DNA of 49,531 nt, taken from Octopus bimaculoides (taxonomy: Eukaryota). Positions 38,296 through 49,531 of the stretch are shown here, piece after piece. Under the pieces are notes generated by a model. That model ran no database searches, was not told where the DNA came from, and was given only the letters and a program-made list of their open reading frames with translations. Where the stretch lies: the NCBI RefSeq assembly GCF_001194135.2, contig NC_068981.1, positions 122,999,974-123,049,504 of the forward strand, written 5' to 3'. Positions within the stretch are counted from its first letter, which is position 1. Every line of letters starts with the position of its first letter. Position numbers and translations under genes: made by a program.

Positions 38296-39868
38296 ATTTA
38301 TACATGTTATAATTGTGTGTGTGTATTTGTGTCTGTCTGTATGTCTGGGGATATGACTGTTAGATTGATACATAGACATTTATTTGAAATTAAGTTTTAC
38401 TACTTTGATCTGTGTCAATATCTGCTTTCGACCAATGGTGTTCTAAGGTGACCCCCCTCCACTTCACATGAAACCTACCAAATAGTACCTTTTGGGGTGA
38501 GACCGCCCTTCTACCAGATTATTATTGCATATTTTCAATTTGTTAAACTTGTTCATCAAACTAACCAAAATTCAAATCAACAATTGACATGAAATTAGTT
38601 ACACTAGAGGTGGATATCGCATAGGAATGATATATTCACCAAACATACTTGTATAATATCAATTATTTATAATAAAGAATAAAATATATTTTAAAGAGAT
38701 CACAAGATTAAATTAATAGAAATATATAATATATTGTTATATATAATAAAATGTAACATTTACTAAACCAATCACATTTCTATTGTTAAAAAATTTATAT
38801 TCTCAGTTTTTACTCAAAATTTTCATTACTTTCCAGTGCCCTTCCAACACGTTTATTCAACATCTCGAGTATTTTTATGTATCCGTACACTATTTCTAGG
38901 TTAAAGTTGATCTTATGTTGGGTGTATATGTCATTTCGATAGGCTTTGCATTTGTCGAGCTGGTCTTTTGGCAACACTCCTCAGTTGTTTAATCAGTTTC
39001 CATGCCGTTTTAATCCTTTAGTTAACCATAACCAGATCACATTTGGGTTGTGCTAGGGCACATGTTACCGGTAGCAATCAAATTGGCCTAACTGTATTTT
39101 TCTGTACCAGTTCAAGCGCGCATTTGTGTGTCTGCAGGGAAATTTAATTAAAGGCTGATATAAACCTATGCTTAACATAACATAAATATATCATAGGTCT
39201 AACTACACTTGATTAAATTTGTCTTGTACTCTATGCATGGTACATTTTTAATTATTAGTGATTTGTGATATGTTGTAGATAACGGTGCATAAAGTGTGAA
39301 ACGGTGCATAAATTATTGCACAGGATATGATCCATAGTCTAAAAACAAAAGCTTGAAACACTAATTAACTATTATAATTTAATTCACAGTTATGAACAAT
39401 ATGCTTCGTTATCTAAGCCAATGATCTTCGATTACGTGATATGACATGGTACACATAATGACCGAATACTCATCTATTTTATCAAAAGAGGAATAAAGAA
39501 ATTGTCACAGTGTGGTTGAAAATAGCATTTAACAGAAATTGTTGCAATTGGTTAATGGTAAGTGCCAAGTAGGATTTAGACAAATAACGGATTGGTTAAA
39601 TTACTTTGTTTGTGAAGCCAAAAAGAAATTTCAAGCAGACGCGCGTTTTTCTTGAAATATCCGGCAAAAGATAAATAAATTGCATAATGTTCTAATGATT
39701 TCACACAAAGAGGAAAAGTATTCTGTACAATAGGAATGGATGGTCACAGATTGTCCAGAGATAAACACACAGAAGTTGTTTACGGTACAGTAAACTTCCT
39801 GTTGCCTTTAACCTGCCCGTGGCAGGATCTAGATAGATAGATAAATAGATAGATAGATAGATAGATAC

Positions 39869-39913
<45 letters not shown>

Positions 39914-40209
39914 TATACACGTATACACTAACACACACACACACAAATTTCGCTTCAATCGTATCCTAAGTCTAAGAAAGAAAACAGATATATTGGGTTA
40001 TAAAATCTGAAGTGTGATATGTCTAAATGAAAGGGAACGCCGTTTCATTAATAACACGCCTATGTGATTACGGCCGAGGAGGTTCAAAGAAAAACGATAT
40101 GAAAAAATATTCTGGACCAATAGGGGAACCTTCAGCTGGTCGATTTATTAGCTTGAAATAGGAACGAAAGATTTGTTCGAATCACACCTTAACATATTAT
40201 AAAAGGAAA

Positions 40210-40240
<31 letters not shown>

Positions 40241-40837
40241 TGTATGTATGTACGGATGTATGTATGCATATACATACATACATATACATATATATACATA
40301 CANNNNNNNNNNNNNNNNNNNNNNNNNNNNNNNNNNNNNNNNNNNNNNNNNNNNNNNNNNNNNNNNNNNNNNNNNNNTATATATATATATATATATATAT
40401 GCATGTATATATTTATGCGCGTATGTATCTGCATATATATGTGCATATATTGATGTAGATATATCGAAAAAGTTAATATATGTCGTATATATGCAATATA
40501 TATCATAAACAATATGTACGTAATCACTTATAGATACATATATGTACATTTATGTGTGCATGCATACGCGCATCCATCCATACATATATACATACAATTA
40601 TGGCCGAAATTAGGATGTTGGGGAGAGAATGTGAATCCTTAATGTATATGCTACAAATGATCACGGTACCTGGGACTATAAAAATCTGCAAGATCTTCCT
40701 AAGATTTAAAAGATGATAGTTAAAGGATGATACTTTCCATCACAACTTTGCTAAGAATTAGTTGACCAGTCAAAATTTACTTTAAAATTAAAAAGAGGAG
40801 AAAAACATAGGCATACATACATGCATACATACATACA

Positions 40838-40871
<34 letters not shown>

Positions 40872-42526
40872 CATACATACAGAACTTGTGCTCTCATACA
40901 ATCATACAGTCTGCATTTGGAATACAGCATAGACATAATTTAGTTGGTATACTTTGTCCAACAAGCGAACAAAGTACTCATACATGAATAAATTATTTAG
41001 CTCGAAAGATGTCATATATTGAGTCCAAAAATGGGTTGCAGGTGATGTTGCGACCTAAAACGTACATGCAGGTATTGGCTAACTATTGCAGTTTAGTGAC
41101 CATTATCTTTAAATAATTCTGGGTAATATAAATTATTATTATTACTATTTTAGTAAGCAAAATGGGGGACAATGATACCTTTATTATATTAACTCACGGA
41201 GATAGATCTGTCTCGGCAATTTTGGGTTCCCTGTAATTCATATGTATAACATTATACACACATACACAAGCACACACACATATATATGTGTGTGTGTTTA
41301 TGTGTGTGCGTTTTCGCGTGCACGAAGAGTGGAGTTGATAGGATCATATTTATTCCTTGGTTCATAATTGTTTCATCAGCATGCGATGAATTACGTGCAA
41401 TATGCTGTAACAATTGTAAATCAATTAACAAACAGATTGTCAGAAAACTTCACTATTTATACTCCCAAACAGAAGGGAGCTTTAAGAGCTATCTGCTTGA
41501 AATTTATGCTTCCTTTAGATAATTTCAGATAAACGCAGATTGCGCGAGTACTTTTAGATGTAAACATCCAGATAATTGAACGCTCCCTCACTTACTGCAT
41601 ATGTATGTGTGCTTGTGTGTGAGTGTGTGCGTATCGTGCGTGCGCATGCGCGCGTATACATATATACACATGTGTGGGGCGAGTCACCGATTTGATAGAT
41701 AGACAGAGTGAGAGAGTGATAGAGAAGAAGACACAGGGAAAGAGAATTGTAAAATCATATACATGATTGAAAATTCGAGAGTATTGTGTTTTAAACTTAG
41801 CGAAATAATTATTTTATAGACTATATTATTTAGATTTATAGCTAAATAGTAAAGTATGCTACCTCTTAAATATGTATACATGTTACTCCTATTTGTATCA
41901 TCAAATAAGTGTGTGTGTATGTGTGTTTGAGTCTGTGTTTGCGCGCGTTCGTGCGAGTCTGTGAAAGGAACGAACACTCATAGTTTGTAATCGTCGTCTA
42001 TTAATTGTGCATTGCGGACTGATGAATATAGTCAACATGTACTATACTGAAACCAACTGAACACGAGAAAATGTTCAGTGAATCAAATTCACTAAAGGTT
42101 TAGTAGTTAAACTGTGGTGAAATCGAATATTCTCACAGGGACAATGAATTCATTTGCTATTTACAAAGTCAAATTAGTACGGTTGCTGTGGATTATATGG
42201 TGTACTTTGAAAAAAAAAGACCACAGCAGTCATATCGAAAATATAACATGTTCCAATCATATTGAATATGCCTGTGTATGTGTGCATGCGTGTATGCTTG
42301 CGTGTGTGTATGTGCGTGCGTGCGTGTATATTTGTGTCTATAGAGAAAAAGAGAGGAAATAGGAAAGTGACTGGATGGTGCAAGTATATGCGCAAATACA
42401 AAATAACAAATATCAAATAAAAGAAAAACATAAATTCGATCGACTGAAAAATGTCAGAATGCTGTTTCTGCACAACTATTTTTAGGGAAATATATTCCAA
42501 TCCAATCTGAAAACAATCATCAATTT

Positions 42527-42557
<31 letters not shown>

Positions 42558-44889
42558 NNNNNNNNNNNNNNNNNNNNNNNNNNNNNNNNNNNNNNNNNNN
42601 NNNNNNNNNNNNNNNNNNNNNNNNNNNNNNNNNNNNNNNNNNNNNNNNNNNNNNNNNNNNNNNNNNNNNNNNNNNNNNNNNNNNNNNNNNNNNNNNNNNN
42701 NNNNNNNNNNNNNNNNNNNNNNNNNNNNNNNNNNNNNNNNNNNNNNNNNNNNNNNNNNNNNNNNNNNNNNNNNNNNNNNNNNNNNNNNNNNNNNNNNNNN
42801 NNNNNNNNNNNNNNNNNNNNNNNNNNNNNNNNNNNNNNNNNNNNNNNNNNNNNNNNNNNNNNNNNNNNNNNNNNNNNNNNNNNNNNNNNNNNNNNNNNNN
42901 NNNNNNNNNNNNNNNNNNNNNNNNNNNNNNNNNNNNNNNNNNNNNNNNNNNNNNNNNNNNNNNNNNNNNNNNNNNNNNNNNNNNNNNNNNNNNNNNNNNN
43001 NNNNNNNNNNNNNNNNNNNNNNNNNNNNNNNNNNNNNNNNNNNNNNNNNNNNNNNNNNNNNNNNNNNNNNNNNNNNNNNNNNNNNNNNNNNNNNNNNNNN
43101 NNNNNNNNNNNNNNNNNNNNNNNNNNNNNNNNNNNNNNNNNNNNNNNNNNNNNNNNNNNNNNNNNNNNNNNNNNNNNNNNNNNNNNNNNNNNNNNNNNNN
43201 NNNNNNNNNNNNNNNNNNNNNNNNNNNNNNNNNNNNNNNNNNNNNNNNNNGGGAAAACACTTTGGCTAATTGCCCTAAAATGCGTTTCCATTGAAGAATA
43301 ATAATAGAGCATAAAAAATAGCCTACTGAAATATTAATACGCAAATGACTAACTTCATTCATATTTATTATGCGTGGGACGTTCAGGAAGAGAAAGTAAA
43401 ACTGCTTGTTCACATGATACATCCATGATGATCTTCATTGTTCTATCTGCATTGGAGAAACTGTATGGGTTGGTGATCGATTGTTAGACTACTGGAAGAT
43501 TTGTTAAGGGTGACATTTTCATTGATGTTACTCTGCAGAAGTCTTGAAAAGCTGAGCTGATGCTGATTCAGTTCACGTACCTTAAACGTATACTCTATGC
43601 TGGAACAGTTTTTTTTTTTTTTTTTNNNNNNNNNNTTTTTTTTTTTGTTAATCAATGTGTTTCTTCTTTTTCCTTGAGTTGCGTCTATGTCCGTCTCTGG
43701 GCCTTCCGCTGATCATATGTAATCTGTTCTGTATTTCTGTCTTTAACTACGAGGCTGTGACCTACTTATCTATATAAAGTGATTTCTGAGATCATAATTG
43801 TATTTTGCTACTAGATATATATTTGGTCATGCTCTGCTATATAACGTGACTAAGCTATGTAGAACATATCAAAATCATTTGTTATAAAACCTATCTTCAT
43901 AAGTATTTATGTCTGCAGGAAAACGAGAAAACGTTTGTTTTTTTTTATGCTCCCGAATGTATTCAATGGTCCTAACATCGCGTCTATTATAGATGGTGTA
44001 ATCGAAAAAAATATTTTAATTTATATTTAGAAATATTAATAACATTGAAGAGAGAGAATAAAGTATAGCTTCAGTTCACGTTTTCAACATTTCTTTGGCA
44101 ATGGCAATCCTTCACAGACTGAAACTCCGCTAGGACATACATTGACAATGTGACATAGGTATTTGCAATGTATGTGAAATTATTTGAAATTGCCTCAAAC
44201 TAACGTCACTTGTAATCTTATAGCGCTTGCAATGGGAAGTCAGTTCTTTTAAATTAGAAAAGCAAATAATTTCACTCGTATAGAATAAGATGAGCAATGA
44301 CTAAATGAATGAAATATATCTGCTTGCGAAAAAACAATACTGCAAAATACTGCAAAATCAAGGATAAAGACTGAGAAGTGTCTGTGAGTGAGGCAGCTTG
44401 AAATGCGGCAGGCATTTTCGTACGTTTAATCTGCTCGAATGTGATCGAAATAACATCTTATATTTACAGATACATAATAATGCTAGTCGCAATATATGAA
44501 AAAAAAATTAATTTTCTTAATTATGCTGCAAGCGACCAATTTATCACAAAACTCTAATGATTTCCAATTTAATTGTTCCTAACGTAATTTGTTTTGAACG
44601 GAGGGTGAAAAACAGACCTGGAACTTGATTTCATTTGGAGTGTTGTCACGGGACAGAGAAAGTCTATAATTGCAGATTTCGTATTATATTTATATTTAAT
44701 TTTAAGAAGATTTTCAACATGTGTGTACAGATTGTATTCATAATCAAAAAGTTACAAGATAGAGAACATTAAATTGTCTTTTAACAGATTTGGTATCCAA
44801 AAGCCAATAAACTTCTTCTAAATTCACATGAATAATTGAATGGGATATTCTTTTCTAAACTAGACACAAAGCGCGACATTTTTGGATCG

Positions 44890-45042
44890 AACACAGTACG
44901 CAACTGATACTTAATTTATTGATCCCCGAAGGAGGAAAAGCAAAGTCGACCTCCACGGAATTTGAACTCAGAGCATAGAGACAGGCGAAATACCGCTAAG
45001 CATTTCCCCCGGCGTGGTAACGTTTCTGCCATCTAGCCGCCT
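44890..45042 (-). mobile_element. tRNA-derived SINE (family A), well preserved
   Basis: actgatacttaatttattgatccccgaaggaggaaaagcaaagtcgacctccacggaatttgaactcag...taccgctaagcatttc...gtttctgcca.ctagccgcc; clear reverse-complemented A and B boxes. Confidence 0.8.
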
Positions 45043-46118
45043 TAATTGAACGGGATATTGAAAACTAACAAATAAATATTAATTTGCCACTGATCAGCTA
45101 AATGTTTCTAGAAGCTGCGACATCCAGATGTTATCGTTTCAATGCTAGGTTAATTGGTGGAAACCAAATGTATATGAAGGTTTTTTGCATTAAATATATC
45201 ATTTAATGTACAATAAATAAATTTATGCAATATTAGCTGATTACCTATTTTACCTATGTTTGGCTCAATTCAGGCTTACTCTGTGCTAACATTTCCCACC
45301 GAATATAGTACTATATTCGAATTTTATTTCAGACGATATTAGCTTTTAATATGACGACTGATTTATTTTCAATACAAATTTATTCATAATATTCACTTAT
45401 TGTGACGTGCATTAATATACGAAAATATAATCTCCTTAAACCCGAGATTATGTGCTAGTTTTAAACCTACTTAACTACAAATGAGTTCCTTGATTAATTT
45501 GGTAGAAGCATCAACTGTCTCGAAAATAAATAGGTTTTTAATTATTGAAACCGAAGCCAATACTTTTGCTTAGCTATACGCATTGGTTACGCTACTCTGT
45601 TAAAAAGGAATGGAATATGATATCTTTCAAAATATAGACTTCTCTATATACAATACCTATAGATGAAAGGGTACTGAGAATATAATACATTTTACTGCAC
45701 GTATATTATTCTGTGTACTGCATTAAATTGTTCATTCTATTTACCTTGGATATAGCTAATTATAATATTGTGCTGCACAATTGTTCTTCTCTTTTGATGC
45801 ATAAACAATCGTCTTTACCTGCAATGCTATCATTGCAAGCTGATGTTAGTTTGCAATATATTTCCACTTTATTGCAATTATCTTGCTCTAATATAGATTT
45901 GTGTAAAGTAAGGAGAAAATAGATTGAATGTGTCGAGCCATACAAGTTCTGAAGCCTCGTGCGTGCTGATTGTTCTGCTATTTTGCAGTTATTAGGTAGA
46001 TATAGTGGCTTTAAGTTTTATGGTTACCTTCCATTGCAGAAGTAGTACTAGATTTAGCTTATTAGAGTTGAGGAAATGTTATAGTATTACTTCACACACA
46101 TAAAAGAATGTGCGTTTG

Positions 46119-46179
<61 letters not shown>

Positions 46180-46197
46180 NNNNNNNNNNNNNNNNNN

Positions 46198-46232
<35 letters not shown>

Positions 46233-47623
46233 GGCGTGATTTGAAAGCTCAAGTTAAAAAGCAAATGTCATGAACAGCAACCGAGGTATCAGAATTTTAA
46301 TTGTGAACGGAATTTGAAATCTTTCTTCTTAGACTTCTCTCTGTATTAAATGATATCGTAGTTATAGTAATCTGTATGGATATAATTAAATTACATAACA
46401 GTTTGATTTTTAAATTGGAGCTAGAAAGACGTGATAACTGGTACCATGCCCAATAATGTTATTGGAAGTATTATAATACGTATTAAAACTAAAACATTCA
46501 GTATATGACAATAATATTTCACTATTAAAGATATATTTAATAGAAAAAAACCCTAAGCTAAATAATTTGAATTGGAACTTCATAATACGAAATAATTGTG
46601 CATTACAAGCCTACGGCAAAAGATTTAGTTTAGTATATATGTGCTTGGCCCTAGATAGGCAGTAACACTCTACCATAGTTTATGTGGGAGCTACTGTTAA
46701 TTATAAGCAACGATACTAAGCACATTTAATCTCTTTTAAATATGAAAAACAGTAAATCTACTTTTCTGGCCGAACACGTACACTACCTTAGGTATAAAAA
46801 TACAGCACACGATATAACTCGGTCCATCATTGACTAAGCTTTCCATACCAAGGCCAAAATGCTCCGTGCTGTTATGCTTAAAAGAATCTATACAAATACT
46901 CGCACATAATGCAACACACTAATTAGACAAACAATATGGAGCTTTCTACTCTTGCGCTCATAGATCTCGGACTTTAAGATATTACCACAAATCTAAATTC
47001 AGTAAGACAAGTACTTCTGTTTAGTTCTCTAAATAAAACAACAAACATAGATCGTAGCAGACGATATTCGTCTAACATGGGGGCCTGAATTCTCATATCA
47101 AGTGATTTTTTACTATTCTATCTCCTCAGTGAGAAACACCTTATGCTAGTCAAACCTTAATACTGCGATATATATCATTCCAGCATCTTCTCTGACGCTG
47201 AGATCGGAAATGGCTACCAGGGTTATGAAAAATTTACTGTTGGCAATGGAAACAGTATTAATAACAGGGTAATCTTTATGTCCAACTTAACATGGATGCC
47301 TTGTTAGAACAACAATTATTACATTATTACCTATGGAAAATTCTCTTCGTTAGGCGAGTGGTGCATAAAACCACACACATAATCGTAGGAGACGAAATTC
47401 GTCTCTCATCTGATAAGACACTGAAATTTTATATATTGTGGCAGCAAGATCAGATTGGCATAAGGAGACCGATGCTTCTTACTGAGAATGTCCAGTAGAC
47501 CGAAATCACTTGAAGTGGGGATTCCAGCACCCAAGACATACGAACTTCGTCAGCTACAATCTATGTATATACAATATATATATATAGAGAGAGAGGGGGA
47601 GAAAACGAGAGAGTTTGCACAAC

Positions 47624-47792
47624 ACGAGGATCGGATGAAAAGTTCATAGGCTAAACATGATATTCGTAGATGCTTCAGCAAGTTAGCATAATGTTCATTG
47701 ATTGTGTAGTCCTTTTGAAGACAGTCAATAAACACAGTGCCTTTTGCATCCCCCCACGAAAAAAAACTGAGGCCATCACCTTCCCTGCAGTA
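47624..47792 (-). mobile_element. Mariner/Tc1 DNA transposon remnant (terminal inverted repeat plus transposase fragment, frameshifted)
   Basis: Minus-strand translation TAGKVMASVF/WGDAKGTVFIDCLQKDYTINEHYANLLKHLR matches the mariner DD34D catalytic-domain motif (AGKVMxxVFWDxxG...IDYLxKGxTINxxYYxxLL); acgagga...gaaaagttcataggct at 47624-47652 resembles a mariner TIR. Confidence 0.8.
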
Positions 47793-47997
47793 AATTGCTG
47801 AATAACGTATGCACCATATGCACAGATATTCTTGAAACAGCTGTAGTAGTTTTACACATTATTTCTTAATCCCTTGTTTACTCTAATGACTCTGCAATTG
47901 TACTTCAATAATAAATTACGGAATCTAAAGTGATACTACATGATATCTGCGTTCATTTTCTTTCGAATATGTGTATAAATATATATATATATATTTC

Positions 47998-48187
47998 AGG
48001 TGAGCTGACAATATGCTTAGCGGCATTTCGAACGTCATTACGTTCTGAGTTCAGATTCCGTCAGAATCAATTTAACCTTTCATCCATTAGAGGTCGTAAA
48101 AATAATTAACAGTTGACGACTGCTGTCGATCTAATCGACTTACTCCTGCACCCGAAATCGCTGGTCTTGTGCCTAAATTTGAAACCA
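47998..48187 (+). mobile_element. tRNA-derived SINE (family A)
   Basis: ggtgagctgaca..atgcttagcggcatttcg...acgttctgagttcagattccg...tcgatctaatcgact...gtgcctaaatttgaaacc. Confidence 0.75.
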
Positions 48188-48914
48188 GTATTTGAAAATA
48201 GATACTGTATGATATACAGATAACCAGACAAACAGACCAAACGCAGACATTCAGACACAGAGTGGTGTACTTGTCCTACAAGTGAATGTACCTCTAATCC
48301 AGTGATATAATGATGCCTCATCAGGTCCTTTCATTTACGAATACCAAATGAATAGCAGGCTACGTTGTATAGACATAGATATAAATATATATCGTCATAT
48401 CACTGAATCGACCAGACTATTGGCCGTTGTTATATAGCGATGCTGAAAATGCGCTTTGCTCGCATTGTTGTATCTGTTAGAAAGATGCTACCTTGCTAGC
48501 TAGTCTAGACTTGCACACATATATATGCGCTCATGAATATATATATATATATAGTTATATTCATACATACCTGCATACATACATATACACAAATACACGA
48601 AAAGGACACAAACACACACATATATGATTTTTATTAAGGGTCAGCAGGAGCTACAGAGTGACTCAGAGACCAAGCGTTGCGTGTGTTGGCGCTTATCACT
48701 TTGATAAGTGCCAATGGACGAAGATCTCGGCTATTAAGTCAGAATGAAGCTTCTGCCGATTATTTATAAAAACATATCTATGTTCTCATCTGCATTACAA
48801 AATATATGCACCTTGTAATGTGCAGGCGTTGCCCTGTGCCGGAATTGAACTCCACTGGATTTTACTGTAATAGGTTTGTCCTATATATATATATATTCTG
48901 TGTATGTATGTCTT

Positions 48915-49106
48915 TGTGCCACCATCATCGCTTGACAATTGATGTTGGAGTGTTTAGGTCCCTGTAGCGTAACGGTTCGGCGAAAGAAACCGATAGATTA
49001 AGTACTAGGCCTACAACGAATAAGTCCTGGGGTCGTTCTGTTCGACTACAGGCGGTGCTCTTGCATGGCCTCAGTCAAATGACTGAAACAAATAAAAGAA
49101 TAAAAG
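48915..49106 (+). mobile_element. SINE (family B) 3' half
   Basis: ccatcatcgcttgacaa...ggttcggcgaaagaaaccgatag..taagtactagg...ttcgacta.aggcggtgct...catggcc.cagtcaaatgactgaaacaaataaaagaataaaag; homologous to 28750-28950. Confidence 0.8.
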
Positions 49107-49137
49107 CATGGCTGTGATAATGATAATATCGCTGCTG

Positions 49138-49138
49138 T

Positions 49139-49179
<41 letters not shown>

Positions 49180-49207
49180 TTGATGACGACGACGACGACG
49201 ACGACGA
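49138..49207. repeat. Compound (GAT)n-(GAC)n microsatellite
   Basis: Direct reading; source of the poly-H/poly-R pseudo-ORF 49075..49431. Confidence 0.9.
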
Positions 49208-49531
49208 CTTAATGGCCTATACATAGACATTGTGTGTAGATAATTCGCAGTATGATGTAAAAGGCAAAGATTAAAATGAAAATGACAAACGTTCATAAAT
49301 GTTATATCGAAGTACACTTGTACGTACATATACATGTGTGTATTCACAGGCACGCACACATGCGCGCATTCTAACACATGCATACACATTAACTGACAAA
49401 CTCGCGCACGAACACACACAAAATTACACACGTATATTAATTATATGTAGACGAATAATTTATTAACCATTAAGAATAGTATATGTTCCGAAGTATACCC
49501 ATATTGACACACACACACATTCATATATATA

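Noticed and set aside
2903-46264. Long ORFs in the track made of X runs or HT/CV/YI/LS/poly-N, L, I, K, T repeats
   Set aside because: They are translations of N-gaps and microsatellites, with no coding complexity.
47389-47405. 7-bp hairpin GAGACGA-AAT-TCGTCTC (similar short palindromes at 45767-45781 and near 39810)
   Set aside because: Stems this short are expected by chance in 45 kb.
47292-47498. 68-aa plus-strand ORF next to the mariner remnant
   Set aside because: No recognisable domain or splice context; probably decayed repeat sequence.
13101-48187. tRNA-like A/B boxes as real tRNA genes
   Set aside because: They are heads of multi-copy, diverged SINEs and show no complete cloverleaf.

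Overview
AT-rich, microsatellite- and SINE-dense eukaryotic DNA with 12 N-gaps (about 4.6 kb). The repeat families and composition look like an octopus/coleoid cephalopod short-read assembly (inference). Almost all ORFs in the supplied track are microsatellite or gap artefacts. The real content is one spliced, minus-strand neuropeptide precursor gene of the whitnin / SPTR / PKYMDT (proctolin-like) family. I reconstructed it by eye from four coding exons with canonical AG/GT sites and consistent phases: 23785-23886, 6718-6813, 4285-4423 and 1026-1036. A putative upstream exon ends in ATG at 25088-25090. Predicted 115-aa precursor: MDCRLIALVSVCLFLLTSPALS|APAADARSHLEQSKDVPLS-KR-PKYMDT-R-DPQDIFKDLVYLTLQQLVSEGKVTPDVMTGADIGVP-G-KR-GHQGLCLRRTASQRFIAYPCWQSGSK*. 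The most interesting hypothesis is that the genomic C-terminus reads ...QSG-S-K* (no amidation signal), and one A-to-I edit of the Ser codon (AGC>GGC, position 1034) would give ...QSG-G-K*, an amidation switch. Other candidates are a 12-nt in-frame microexon in intron 2, a skippable symmetric PKYMDT exon flanked by an inverted SINE pair, two perfect CRE sites and a 28-bp perfect palindrome upstream. From 26 to 49.5 kb the window is intergenic: SINEs, microsatellites and a mariner remnant. Splicing, editing and family assignments could not be checked computationally.
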